A stretch of DNA of 63,496 nt, filler included, from Chiloscyllium plagiosum (Eukaryota), in assembly GCF_004010195.1 (NCBI RefSeq). It is 6 parts of one record of this genome, joined end to end, with 100 filler letters (N's around TTAATTAATTAA, not from the genome) between each part and the next. Parts side by side here need not be neighbours in the genome. Positions count along the whole stretch, not along the records: positions 1 to 24,489 come from NC_057717.1; 5 more parts are not named here. One strand, 5' to 3'. Shown piece by piece: positions 1 through 12,114 of the stretch (positions are counted from its first letter, which is position 1; the number at the start of each line of letters is the position of its first letter). Position numbers and translations under genes: made by a program. The notes under the pieces were generated by a model that saw only the letters and a list, made by a program, of their open reading frames with translations, had not been told where the DNA came from and did not search any database.

Positions 1-230
1 ATCGACGTGGGGGCAGGGTTGGGCATGGTGATGGAGATCGGCGAAGGGGTGGGGTTAGACGTGGGGATGCATATAGGCGTGGGGACGGGGTTAGGCATGC
101 AGTCGGAGATCGGCGAAGGGGCGGGGTTAGGCATGGTGACGGAGATCGTCGTGGGGGCGGGGTTGGGCGTGGTGATGGAACTCGGCGGGATGAGCGGAGT
201 TAGGCGTGGAGATCGGCGTGGGGGCGGAGA
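1..230. repeat. GC-rich 36-bp minisatellite, ~6 degenerate units, possibly extending left of the window
   Basis: Units such as ATCGGCGAAGGGGCGGGGTTAGGCATGGTGACGGAG recur every 36 nt from position 1. ORF 7..255 is only the translated repeat. Confidence 0.8.
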
Positions 231-399
231 CACATGCGGCGTTGTGGTCGTGTAGGTTAGGAACGTCACTGGGGGCGGAAGTGGGGGCAGATACAGACAC
301 TGGGGGCAGATACAGACACACATACACAAAACCATAATCACAGAGTCATACAGAAACAATATTTTTTTAATTCCAAAAAAACAAAAAAAGTCTTTGATT

Positions 400-520
400 C
401 GTAAGGGATCAAGCGTTATGGGGCAAAGGCAGGAGAATGACGTTGAGGAACATAGCAACCACTATCGGACATCAGAGCAGACCTAGCGGTACAAATGACT
501 GCATTCTGTTCCTTTATACG
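400..520 (+). mobile_element. CR1-type LINE 3' end remnant
   Basis: GTAAGGGATCAAGCGTTATGGGGCAAAGGCAGGAGAATG...GCAGAC...AAATGACTGCATTCTGTTCCT resembles the CR1 3' terminal region seen again at 29400-29600. Confidence 0.55.
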
Positions 521-2232
521 CTCTTATTGTATTATGGGATCTTAAAACGTGTCCTTAGAGTCCAGAGTCAATTAAGGCTGCTGAACATTTGATTGGGGAT
601 TCAATGGTAATGTGGGATAGGTTTAAGAGCTTGAATTATACATGTCTGTTTCTAATTGTTGTCTGTAGGTCTCAAAATAGTTCGTTCTTTAGTGTGGGTT
701 TAACACACTTTGATCATAATGGATCCCCGATTGAGATAAAGTTGTCCCTCTCTCTTTTGCACTATGCAGTCGACAGTGCCCTCATCCCCAGGGAATAGCA
801 AAAACTGGGTCTTCGTAGATGTTCAAGGCTGAGCTCAACGAACATATGGACATCGCAACCAATAATTATTGGGCAAATAAGGTTCAGAAACATTCATATC
901 ATCAATGAGCATTCTGAATTGGGCAACAGACTTGCGAAGCCGAATGGCCCACTCTATGCATTCCTGTCTCACTCAAGCCCTCAACGCCTTTGCGCAGTGA
1001 GAGGAAGATCCCATTCAACCAGTCAGGAGACGACCATTTTATCCCTCAGGAGTTACACAGGAAAAGAATGAAACCATTCAGCTCTTTATGTAATTACAAA
1101 GCAAGGGACGTAACCATTCTAACATTCTAAACTGTGGCTTAGGAGCAGCTTCCTCCTGCTTACCTCAACATGTTCCAATGTTGGGGTCGAGTAACATTAT
1201 TGTATGTTTCAGATCAAAGAGGGAGAAAATTGAACCTGCTTGAGAAGGAATGGTCTCCTCCACTTTCGGTCATTCTTTATTCCTCCTCATACCAAATTGG
1301 GGGAACAGAAAACTTTTCACTCATCTTTACCACTCGTATAGGATTCCTGACGATGATGCAATGAAATTTCCCCACTGTCTGAATCAAAGGAAATCCGCAA
1401 AACCACTTGTTCCAGGTGGAAATCCCATCGCCAACAGAATGTTTGAGCAGAATAACTTTCAGGTACAGAATACTATTTGGGCAATCACCTTTTTTATTTT
1501 CTCATGTGCTTAGGTACTGTTTGGGCAATGTTTTTTCACATTGACGTTCTGTACAGGCGCATGTCTCTGTGTATTGGGGTACAGACAGGAATGTTTGCTT
1601 CGACCCCAAGCAGATTAGTCACCATCTCATTGCTGGTGGAACAGGTTCAAAGAATTTCTGCTCCTCATTCGTATTCACTTTGTTACTTAAACCCCCTCAA
1701 AACTCTGCTGAGAAGCGTTGCAGTCAGGGAGACCGGAGGATTTCATGAGCCATCTCTGGGTGAGATGTGGGGCCTGTATTGACAGTGAACCTGGGACTGC
1801 AACAAGGCCAATAGATGAAGCACAAATTTCGGAGAGGGGAACCTCTGTAAAGAGAAAGGAGGGGACTCCTTTGTACCCAGGCGTATTTTTCCGAGCATTG
1901 CCGAACATACACCAAACTGTCTGTGATTGATTTGATGAGGAAATGATCTCCTCTGTTGCTCTGCACCAGGTAGATGGAGGGGTAACGGCTGGGCATTGGA
2001 GAGATAGACAGGGGTGTAGAGGTGCGAATGTTAAAAAGATCGGAAGAGGTATGGGGTCTGAAAGAGTTGAGAGTGATAGGAAGCAATGTCGGTTCTGGGT
2101 TTTAGATATATAGAAATGTTGTAGAGGCTGGAGGAGATCGGAGATATCTGGAGAGGTGGAGGGAAACTTCGAGGTTACGGAGATAGGGAGGCAGGGAAGG
2201 GTGAAGGGGTTGGAGGAGTAAACACTGTTTTT

Positions 2233-2559
2233 TCAAACGTGTAGAACACAGTTGGTGCCAGAACAACAGCTACTATTGTCGTAGTGGAATATATTGTTTT
2301 CAGTTGCTGGCAACAAATGACAACAAATCAATCGAAAGATAACACAACAGGAAACAGTCTGTGGCTGCAGGAAGAAGGACTGCAATAAAACTTCACACAT
2401 GAGCGATATCCAGGAAAGACAATGGGAAGCAATCATTACTAATATGCCTCAAGATAACCTCCGTGACAAGAACAAGGAGATTGGCTATTGCCATGGCCAC
2501 AAAGTAGTGAACAGTGCGGGAGGAAAGGCCACATTTTCCGTTGGACTGATTCACAATCC
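2233..2559 (-). pseudogene. GPR139/GPR142-like class A GPCR pseudogene, exon-2 fragment (ICL1 to TM4)
   Basis: After a TTTACCAG acceptor the minus strand reads GKCGLSSRTVHYFVAMAIANLLVLVTEVILRHISNDCFPLSFLDIAHV*SFIAVLLPAATDC, then after a frameshift FD*FVVICCQQLKTIYSTTTIVAVVLA. This matches the CGLS..YL.AMA.ADLL and AATDC motifs of the 45588 gene and the family FDRFVAICCQ motif. Stops and frameshifts are present. Confidence 0.85.
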
Positions 2560-2659
2560 CTGGTAAATACATTGGAGAAGGCAGAATGAAAACTGAACGC
2601 AAATCATTACAAACGATCTCGAATTCTGACCTTCACACTCAATACAAAATGAAACGTTC

Positions 2660-2742
2660 ATTTGTGCATGTGTGTCTGTGCGTGTGTGTGAGATGTGCAG
2701 ATATATCGGTGTGTGTGTGTGTGTGCGCGCGCGCGCGTGTGT
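2660..2742. repeat. (TG)n/(CG)n alternating purine-pyrimidine microsatellite
   Basis: GTGTGTGTGTGTGTGCGCGCGCGCGCGTGTGT at ~2709-2742. Confidence 0.9.
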
Positions 2743-2761
2743 CAGTCAGGGCCTACACAGA

Positions 2762-3412
2762 TGTTGTGATGTTGCTGCGCCTGTAAAGAGTTTACGGTGT
2801 CCTTGGCATTTTATTTGGTGTGTTCGGCATAGACATAGCCTCTGAAACTTTTAAGTTTAAAGAGTTTTCGGGCCAACTTGATCACAGCTAACAGATACCT
2901 CCGAAGGCAAAAAAAATCTTTGTCTTCAAAAGAAACACCTGTCCAATGAAAGTGGAGTAAACGGTTTTTCTTTTTTCCAGCTCAGGTTTTCTCTGGTTTG
3001 ATGTAGCGTTTGATCGTGTGGTTCTCACTGAAAGCAGTGAGACAGTTTTGAAAGCTACTGGTCCATACACGCCAACGCTCTGTGACCTCTTTCCTGTGAG
3101 ACCTTTTGTTTGATTTTACCTTTTATGACAAGGGGTATATAAGGTGTTTTTGCAAGCATTTAAACTAACTGGAGAATGTTGTAATTATCTTTTGGCTTTT
3201 TTGATAGTTTAAGTTATTTTGTTTTCTGTTCTCTTTGTTCTTGTTTCATGCAGTAAATATATAAATAAATTATATTTTGTTTAAAACGAAATGGGTTAAC
3301 CAGCTGCATTCTTCCTGGAATATCTGCAAAAAACCTGCTTAAAGCAAGTTCTAATGTTAGGTTTGGCCACGTTCTTGAAATGCTTTGAAGGTGCCTGAAC
3401 TGATCCAAAACA
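2762..3412 (+). mobile_element. Probable solo LTR
   Basis: Begins TGTTGTGAT and ends CCAAAACA (TG...CA termini), with an internal TATATAA and AATAAA. The 3' part (CCAGCTGCATTCTTCCTGGAATATC...TTCTTGAAATGCTTTGAAGG) resembles a recurrent shark LTR as I recall it. No clear TSD. Confidence 0.45.
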
Positions 3413-4186
3413 GTGTTTGTTAATGAAAGAATGGACGTTATTTGCGTGAGTTTGTAAGTTATGGGAAAGGGGTGGATTTTTATCACCGCCCTAAAACAGA
3501 TATAAGACGTCTAGTACCCTTACATGAGACAAGTATTTGCCAAGGAACACGAAGAAAATTTATATGAAATACAGCAGATAATGGAGAGCTGAAACGTGGG
3601 AACATTTGGTGAAACAACAAATGTGCCAGGGTCAGCGAAAAGACAAAATGCGTTAACGTTTCCAATCCGACATGCCTCTTTTGCAGAATAACAAAGAATG
3701 GTCAATAGTTTTCAGGAATACACTTTGGTAAGGGAGGAACGATGAGCGTTTGGAAACTCTCCAACTTCAGTCATGTTGCCCATATAGATCTTCCAGCTTT
3801 GTATACTCCATCCACAGCTCCGAAATCCTGCTTGAACCTCCCCTGTTTGAAAAGGTCGTTATTTTATATTAATTTGTACTTTGTTTATCGGATGAACTGG
3901 GAAAACAAATCATTAAAGCAAAACAAAAGGAACCTTCTTCATGATACAGTTGACGCACATTTTTGAGGTACAGAGTCTCCCCAGTATTATGCAGCTGCTC
4001 GTTGATGAGAACGTTACGACGGGGAAAAACTTGAGACTGTGCACGAGTGGAGTTTCGCCTGACAAGTAATAACTGATTCAACTGAGGATTTCTGAGATAT
4101 TGTTGATGAAATTCTTCTGGCTGAGAGTAAATATGTTATGGCTCTGCAAAGCTAAACATCTTAAGTTGTGAACAAAGCGTTCAGAG

Positions 4187-4270
4187 ATAGAACATAGAAC
4201 ATAGAAGAATACAGCGCAGTACAGGCCCTTCGGCCCTCGATGTTGCGCCGATCCAAGCCCACCTAACCTA
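4187..4270 (-). mobile_element. Short 5'-truncated CR1 3' tail
   Basis: ATAGAACATAGAACATAGAAGAATACAGCGCAGTACAGGCCCTTCGGCCC is the reverse complement of a CR1 3' end with a (TTCTATG)n tail. Confidence 0.75.
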
Positions 4271-4589
4271 CAGATCATCATAAAAGCAAGAGTTGTTTTT
4301 ACCCTCTTAAATGCAGTAACATGAAGAAGAAAAAATGTTTTTTTTCAGCAGCTGCCGTGAATTTTATGTTGAAAGATTAAGTGAATAGATCAGAGACGTT
4401 TCTCGCAACACTTAGCCTGCACGTCCAGCAGCCAAGTGAAATATACCAAACTAAATTGCACAGAAGCATTGTTCTGGACAACTTCAAAATAGTACAAAAC
4501 ATTTTTTTATCGGAAGCTATGGTTAAGTTGAGGATAGAGATCATAAATGGGTGTGCAAATGGCAGGACGTTTATGTTGGTGTTCAAAAG

Positions 4590-5400
4590 TGCAAAAGCAG
4601 ATATTAGTTTGAAGGAAGTTTTAGACGGGTTGCTCAAATGGGCAGATCAGCAGCCGATCGAAATTTGCCATGAAAACTGTTCAACAATGCACTTTGCAAG
4701 ACGTAACATGACAAACAGTTACTCAATGAATGGAAGGATGTTTGAAAGCTCTGAGTAACAAAGGGAACTTGGGGTCCTTGTCCATCGACAATTGAAATTG
4801 GCACCAAACGTTGATACTGTGCTTCAGAAGACAAATAAAACTTCTGTCCTTTCCTGCCATGTGTACATCAGTGCAGAGAGCAGGGGCGTTCGATTAGAGT
4901 TGTACAAATCTTCGCGTATTCCAGAGCCAGATGACAGTGTGCAGTCCCATTAGCCATGCCATAGTTTGCTTGAATTCTCCGGCGGGGGTGCACCACATAT
5001 TCGCCAAGGTGTTTGCTGGACAGAATACATTTAGCCACTAAGACAGTGTGGATAGACCTGAGGGTTTTCTTTATAGCTGAGATGGCTTTGTGTTTCCAGA
5101 GTGAGGATTATGTGTTTATGAGAGGCAACGGAGCAGTAGAATTATGTAGCAGTTTATTAAACTGATGGAAAAATAATGAAGAGGATATAATCTTACGTTA
5201 TGTGTTTAGGGGCTATCAAGGATTTTGTTTCGCAGCCAAAGAGTTTGGATGTCTGGAAGTGGCTGGCGGAGAGTGTAGGGGTCAGTCAAAGTGCTAAACC
5301 CCACCAATGTTAAAAAGTATGTTAATGAGCACTTAAATGTGATGGCAGACAACGTCATGGGCCAAGCCTTGGAATGTGGGATTAGTATCGCTAGGACAGT
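4590..5400 (+). mobile_element. Degenerate CR1 LINE, ORF2 C-terminal part (mirror copy ~21410-22210, minus)
   Basis: LDGLLKWADQQPIEICHENCSTMHFARRN..YSMNGRMFESSE*QRELGV aligns to the CR1 motif WA..WQMEFN..KCEV.HFGR.N...Y.NGR.L..VEEQRDLGV, which is seen intact at 32349-32555. Confidence 0.8.
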
Positions 5401-5576
5401 GCAAGATCATTTTTTGCAAGTTCATTTTCTTTGCTGTTTTAGCCATGACACTATGCGTCTAGGAAACGTGTCAATTGATCTGTGGGCAGTGAGCACGACT
5501 TTTCAATTCTTTTCCTTCAGCCAAAAAGCGTTGAAACCACACACTAATTAACAGAATGTGCTTCCGAATTTGCAAG

Positions 5577-7685
5577 TCTCTCTGCATGGATCACGACATG
5601 GGAATCCACGCAGGAATGACAAGATATGACATTGCCAAATTGGACCGAGCATGGACATCTGATGCTTCGCAGGTAAGGAACTTTTCTTAGCTTGTGATCA
5701 TTCCGCATCATTTAATACTACGGATTAAGTATGGCTAGATGAGACACACGTAGGTTTGCACTGGGTAATCTGTGATTGTTGGAAATGCAGCAGAGAAGCA
5801 TGAGTGGGGAATCTGGTCGAGGCACGCACGACTTTGAATGGCATTGATTCGGTGAAACAAAAAAAAAAATTGCGTTGGTCGAGATGTCAATAAGACGATT
5901 CCAGAAATTAAAGTGGAAGACTTACTGTTAAAACAATACCTTGCTTTACAATAAAATAAAGTAGACAAGCACACGCACAGAGGTGTGTCAGTTTCGTATC
6001 ATTGTGTGACATATTACAGTGAAAGCAATTATTTTGATCGCATTTGCTGTATGCCAGAAGACATAGACGAATAAAAAAAATGTTCGCCTTATGAAACAGA
6101 GCTGTTCTAGCAATTGTTTTGGAAAGAAGACTCCGTTAATGTTTTGAACACTGATTCCCTTCTTCAGAATAGATGAGACAGCCCTGAAGTCATCGGTGTC
6201 GTACCACACAGAATAATTGATCTCAAGCGTTTGATGCGATGTTTCCAACCTTCCAACCCCCCGGATTACAAACAAGCATAGCTGAAAATCAGTTTCGGTT
6301 GGCGTAAATTGGTATAAAAATTAGATGGACTGATATGAATTTTGTACTAATTCTAAATGGGATTTTAAATGGGAATTTGGTTTGGAGATCACTGGAATAA
6401 CATTACCTCTCAGCTCTGCTGAACTAAAGCGTCCCTGCGGCTTTATGCACCTCATGTATTGAGGTGGAGTGCGAGATTACAGAGATGGGAGAAAACAGTA
6501 TTCGGTTTCCTCCTGTGCAAATCTTCATCATCGGGTGGGTCGCTTTCGCATGGCTTCTGACAGGGACAAATCTGAATGGTTTACACTTTCGCAATGGGTT
6601 TGGAGGTACAACTTTTTTTTGTATGTTATTTACAGAAGCAGTTAATGAACTGAAAACATATTCATAATGACACCATCAAGAATTAGAGTGGTAGCAAATG
6701 ACAAGAATGTTTGGATGGCTTTAACATTTTTCAGGTGATATTTGGAAGTGTCACACAATCCAGAGAGCATGCGATTAAGTACTTAATCGTACTAAGGAAA
6801 AAAAGGAAGTCGGAGTTTATTCTATTATTATTTAAAATGTAAGAATCAACCAAAAAAAGAGAACGCAGCATAAATCCATGTCCAACCTTATACCGTGATA
6901 ATCAACGTTTTGTTTTTGGTTAGATTGTGACAAATTGCCACTAAATTCCAGTTTACTGTTTTCTGACGAAGATTGAATGCTCATTTCATTGAATACATTG
7001 TGTCATGACATGTTTTATCCAGTGCTGACTGCATCAGTTGTTTGTTGTCTCTGTTGGTGGTCATACTGCTGATAGTATCGAATACCGCATTGAACATAGC
7101 TGCTGATTAACATAACCAGGATATACAGAGATGCCAGTTAAAAAATTGATTTTCGTGAACCAGTGTCTGGGATTTTTTTTCGCATTGAACATAAAAAAAT
7201 CAAAAATGCACATGATAAATGCAGAAAATTTAGAATGCTTTAACCGCCGTGAATTGGCAGTAACATTGGTGAATTAGATTAGCCTGTGAATTAGATTGCA
7301 GATTGATGAGTCAAAGGAAGAAATTTCGTCAAATGAACTTAAAATAACATTGTATTCGGTCTCAGAAACCTGTTCGCATGCTACCAAAGAAACCAAGAAA
7401 TGACATAGGAAATTTTACGGACGTTACATTTGGGACAAAGATTGTGGAGAAGCGATATAATTTCCAGTTCTAAAGTTTGCACTCGCGAAAGAACAAAATT
7501 TAGCAAGCCTGGAGGTTTTGGAGGGTTTGGAAAATGTGTAAGACCGCTCAAAAAGTAGAACTCTAGTTTCATAAATAAAGGACAGCATATAGAAGCAAGA
7601 AAGCCTTGCACACAATATGCATTTCCCAATCATAGCAGTCGTACTTTCATTTCTTCAATTAAGATATACCGTTTACAAGCTCTAA
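5577..7685 (+). pseudogene. Candidate decayed folate-receptor/riboflavin-binding-protein (Folate_rec) family gene; exons ~5577-5672, 6414-6605, 7366-7685
   Basis: Three segments with AG acceptors (GT donors on the first two) give, with frameshifts, NWTEHGHL | ..YAPHVLRW...VFGFLLCKS....SDRDKSEWFTLSQW | ..HLGQRLWRSD..SSSKVC...PIIAVVLSFLQL*. These are collinear with family motifs WN[RH]CG.L, CSPHAARW, VPLC[KQ]S, TCKSNW..W, LC..[IM]W and a hydrophobic GPI-like tail. Several cysteines are lost. By-eye inference. Confidence 0.4.
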
Positions 7686-9094
7686 TGCATCTCTGAGTCG
7701 ACTGTGACACATCTATTGTGCACCTATATTTCATGGTGCATGAATCGAATTGGAAAGTCTAATTTTACTTTCTTGCATACGAGAAGTGATGACTGCAAGA
7801 TGAGATATTCTGTCGTTTCCCGATCTTTATTTCTGTTAATGTTACAGTCCATTGTATTTTTTCTAAATCAGTTTCGTTGATTGTAAACATGCATTACCGT
7901 AAACGTACAATTTATGAGGTTTGTGGAATATTTCATTTAATTCATATTCTGCAAGTACGTCATAGGCATCCTTGACATTTCCAGCAAAATCAAAATCGAA
8001 ATGTGTTAAATGTGCAGCAGCAAGCCGATGTGAATTTCTTTTTAAATGCGCTTTACAATTAAATTACAAATATAAAATCACAGGAAACAATTATAAGTAT
8101 GGTAAGCTATTTTCCAATAAATGCAGAGGATACTCTTATAAGCCTGCTGAACAGTTTTCCCATAATTAGTTGGACTTTGTATTACTTGTTTCCGAACATG
8201 CAGTTTCTTTGAGGTTTACTTGATAATAATATCCAACATACTTCGAGCGATTCCACTGGGAAGACTTTTGGTACCTTTGAAAAAAACAAGTTTTGATGAC
8301 AGCCTCTTTACTCCTTCTGATTTCTCATCCTGATCTTATATTTCATCACATATAAAATGATTGCAGTATTCCTTTAAATAGTATGTTGTAACATATTTTT
8401 AATCAGCATTTCTCATTAGATATTCCCTTTCAACTTTCTACGGGTATATTTTCAATTCGAATTTTGTNNNNNNNNNNNNNNNNNNNNNNNNNNNNNNNNN
8501 NNNNNNNNNNNNNNNNNNNNNNNNNNNNNNNNNNNNNNNNNNNNNNNNNNNNNNNNNNNNNNNNNNNNNNNNNNNNNNNNNNNNNNNNNNNNNNNNNNNN
8601 NNNNNNNNNNNNNNNNNNNNNNNNNNNNNNNNNNNNNNNNNNNNNNNNNNNNNNNNNNNNNNNNNNNNNNNNNNNNNNNNNNNNNNNNNNNNNNNNNNNN
8701 NNNNNNNNNNNNNNNNNNNNNNNNNNNNNNNNNNNNNNNNNNNNNNNNNNNNNNNNNNNNNNNNNNNNNNNNNNNNNNNNNNNNNNNNNNNNNNNNNNNN
8801 NNNNNNNNNNNNNNNNNNNNNNNNNNNNNNNNNNNNNNNNNNNNNNNNNNNNNNNNNNNNNNNNNNNNNNNNNNNNNNNNNNNNNNNNNNNNNNNNNNNN
8901 NNNNNNNNNNNNNNNNNNNNNNNNNNNNNNNNNNNNNNNNNNNNNNNNNNNNNNNNNNNNNNNNNNNNNNNNNNNNNNNNNNNNNNNNNNNNNNNNNNNN
9001 NNNNNNNNNNNNNNNNNNNNNNNNNNNNNNNNNNNNNNNNNNNNNNNNNNNNNNNNNNNNNNNNNNNNNNNNNNNNNNNNNNNNNNNNNNNNNN

Positions 9095-9270
9095 CTCCAT
9101 TCCCTCCCAGTTATCTCTCAGCCCCGACCCACACGCCTCATTCCTAATGAAGCGCTTATGTCCGAAACATCAATTCTCCTGTTCTTCGGATGCTGGCTGA
9201 CCTGCCATGCTTTCCCAGCACTACGTTCTAGACTCTGATCTCTCGCATCTGCAGTCCTGACTTTACCCCT
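9095..9270 (+). mobile_element. Penelope-like element terminal repeat (3' end) with a mutated hammerhead motif
   Basis: CCTAATGAAGCGCTTATGTCCGAAACATCAATTCTCCTGTTCTTCGGATGCTGGCTGACCTG...GCATCTGCAGTCCTGACTTT. Its mirror at 17225-17660 continues into GIY-YIG coding remnants. Confidence 0.75.
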
Positions 9271-9774
9271 ACACCTAAGTCCATCTTGCTTACCACACTT
9301 AACAACAACTCAACCAACTGCTAATTGCAATTCTGTCAAACCCCTCCTTCTATTGTCTCAATGTTGCACAATATACCTTAACGTACTGCGGTGAATTCCG
9401 CAATTTTACAACCCTTTTGGAACGGTAATTCATCCTCACCTTATTTTTCTGTCTGCCATACTGCATTTTCTTTCACATGAAGAAGCACCTATTCCATGTT
9501 TACGTTATGTACTGGAGGGCTGAAAGTATTCAATGCTTTCCTTAATGTCTTCACAAAACATATGCAAGGAGAAATGTGCACGCTTGTGCGTATCTATGTC
9601 CCCTTCAATCCTTGTAAGATTCTGTAAATTCCACTTTGGAAATACAACCAGCCTGACTCAAGGTTTGTATACAGACAGACTATAACTTCACAAACGGAAT
9701 ATAACCCGTTCAACTCTGATGGGGCAACCCTGACGAGCGGGACAACGTGTCTGCAACTAATACTGCATTGATTA

Positions 9775-10270
9775 CAGAAGCATTTCAACAGAAGTCGGCC
9801 ATTCTGCTCTTCAACCCGGTCCGTCATTCATCAGGATTATGGCTAAACATTTGAACTCAACAGCCTAATTCTTCTTTCACCCCATATACTTTGATCCCTG
9901 TCGCCTCAGATACTGTATTTAGCATTTTTTCCGATCACATTAATTGTTTTGGTATTCATTACTTCCGATGGTAATGAATTTCAGAGTCTGACTGCACTTC
10001 CGGTCTGACTGCACATCGTTGTCCTATACAGTGAACGCTGGATCCTCAGATTGTGATCTCCGTGTTCTCGACGTACACTCATACCATCGGCAACATCCTC
10101 CCTGTATCTACCCTGTAGAGTCCTGCTAGAAGTTTATAAATCGCTGAGAGATTCCCCATTAATTCATTTGAACTTTCGTGAAACGATCCTAACCAATCAA
10201 TCTCTCTCCATACCTCAGTGCCATCATTCCTGGAATCAGACTGGGAAACGTTCATTGCACTCCTTCAACA
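9775..10270 (-). mobile_element. Degenerate CR1-type LINE 3' portion (mirror ~16215-16710, plus)
   Basis: The mirror reads GGAATCTCTCAGACATTTATAAACTTCTAGCAGGACTCTACAGGGTAGATACAGGGAGGATGTTGCCG (GDLIE.YKIL.GLDRVD.GRMFP-like) followed by a CR1-like tail. Confidence 0.65.
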
Positions 10271-10444
10271 GCGACACCATTGAGAGCATGATATGTACAG
10301 CATTACTAATTCTTTGCACTTACAGACCATTTCAAATATTCCATTTTGGAGAAATTAAGGTGAAACTACCTCTTGTTGGTTTTATGAAAACGACAGAAAA
10401 GTAACCGTTCTGTGGATTATCAAGATTATACAGTTGCATCTGCC

Positions 10445-10800
10445 TGGATTAGAGTGGTGCTGGAAAAAGTCACTGTCGTTCAGGCAGCATTCAAGGGGCA
10501 GGAAAATCGACGTTTCGGGCAAAAGCCCTTCGTCAGGAATAGAGGCAGGGACTCTGCAGAGTAGGGATAAATGAGAGGGGTGTGTGGGTGGGGAGAAAGT
10601 TGCATAGAGTACAAGAGGTGAATGGGGATGGGATGGCGGTGAAAGGTCAGAAATGTGGTTGGGGGAAGTTAGCAAAATGGACAATGGGTGTTTGGGGGTG
10701 GGGATGAAGGTGCTAGATCAGAGAAGAGGGACGAGTCGATAGGTGGAAAGAAAGATAGGCATGTAGGACAGTTCATGGGGATGGTGCTGAGCTGGACGGC
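10445..10800 (-). mobile_element. Penelope-like element terminal repeat (mirror ~15690-16040, plus)
   Basis: Same family as 9095-9270 and 40917-41109: purine-rich tract followed by GGAAAATCGACGTTTCGGGCAAAAGCCCTTCGTCAGGAAT. Confidence 0.75.
10501..10540 (-). ncRNA. Minimal PLE-type hammerhead ribozyme motif, intact core
   Basis: Minus strand ATTC-CTGACGA-A-GGGC-TTTT-GCCC-GAAA-CG-TC-GATT: CUGANGA core, 4-bp helix II, GAAA, vestigial palindromic helix III (ACGU), UC cleavage site, and weak helix I pairing. Confidence 0.6.
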
Positions 10801-11499
10801 ATTTGCCCACAACACCGCCTCTTTGAAAAAATGATGTCTTAGTTCCTCAAGCAGTTCTCCATTTGTGAACTTTCCACTACACGTTAAATATTCATCGTCA
10901 TGTCCTATTAATTTTAGCCATTAACCCTTATTGGTCTCGTTACCAGACATGAAGTTTATAGCCACTATGAACTATGTTACCTCCTTCAGCACATTAATCA
11001 ACTCAATTATATATTGTCTCATTCTTCTAAACTCAAGAGTATATGGGCCTAAAATGTTTCATTACTTGACAATGATGTTCGATCCACGGCTTGCGAGTTA
11101 AACAAATTAACCATCAGCAATATATCACACAGCTTCAGAATAAAGATCCAGAATTACCACACATTTTTAGTTTTACGACTATGTATATTTTTTTTAAAAT
11201 CCTGAATGCTTCATTTTTATCTTTTTGTCATATGCCCAGTCGTATGACAAAGGCCCTGATCTCCAGCATCTGCAGCACTCACTTAATCCTACATGACTGA
11301 CAAAGGCAGACATATGCCTGTGTCTCACTGTTCTCTCCTGCCTTTTGATGTGTAGCATTTTTGTTCCGACGTTTCATCGATTAAGTGCCTGTAGAACAAT
11401 GTTCGAACTGTCATCTTCTGTTTGAGTACGAATTCTATGAACCAGGCAAAGTCTGCAGAAGTGTAATACTGAATTTTTCAGCGTCCATTAAACTGTTAT

Positions 11500-11665
11500 C
11501 GTCCAATAGGTGAAAAGGAAGGCATATTAAATTTTGGTACATGTTGCTGAAGAAAGTAAACAAAAAGCAAATATTTTTCATTGAACTATGCAAGGCATTG
11601 CTTTGTTTGCATCTGGATTTCTGCGTAGAGTTTTGGTCACCACATAACGGTAGAAATTACACAGC
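11500..11665 (+). mobile_element. CR1 ORF2 fragment (mirror ~14835-15000, minus)
   Basis: ELCKALLCLHLDFCVEFWSPH matches the CR1 motif LYK.LVRPHLEYCVQFWSPH. Confidence 0.7.
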
Positions 11666-12114
11666 ATCCGATTGTAGTACAACATGTGTATTTGTAAGCA
11701 CGAGCATTCGTAGCCCTGCCTCGTCATCAGGAATTTATGGAGCTGTACCTTAAGACACAGATTTGCAAGCAAAAGATCAAAGTGTCATGCAGCTCAAATA
11801 TATTGAACACATTTGAAATGGGTTTTCTAGTTTCGGTTCATCATTATGCAAATCCCAAATTTCCTTTTAAGTCACATTATCAAAATAACTTCAGATTTCC
11901 TGATATATGGTGTCATCTCAGCTCAGGCAATGCATGAATGGTTTGAAGGTATNNNNNNNNNNNNNNNNNNNNNNNNNNNNNNNNNNNNNNNNNNNNNNNN
12001 NNNNNNNNNNNNNNNNNNNNNNNNNNNNNNNNNNNNNNNNNNNNNNNNNNNNNNNNNNNNNNNNNNNNNNNNNNNNNNNNNNNNNNNNNNNNNNNNNNNN
12101 NNNAGATAGAGGAT

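Noticed and set aside
7..255. Gly-rich 82-aa ORF
   Set aside because: Translation of the 36-bp minisatellite.
1250..1930. Possible decayed chemokine-receptor-like GPCR (LCYLNPL...DFMSHLWVRCG resembles TM7/helix 8)
   Set aside because: Only one short motif and no convincing upstream TM pattern. It cannot be supported without a frameshift-aware search.
3483..3705. Exon 1 for the 2233-2559 GPCR relic (minus-strand GTAAGG donor at ~3523)
   Set aside because: The peptide resemblance to YP.LA..GVP is too weak and the phase is uncertain.
6414..6605. LDL-receptor class A domain (GGVRDYRDG)
   Set aside because: Lacks the cysteine spacing and the SDE motif. The Folate_rec interpretation explains more collinear motifs.
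7366..7685. In-frame TGA as selenocysteine
   Set aside because: TAA and TAG stops and frameshifts co-occur, and no selenoprotein similarity or SECIS was recognised.
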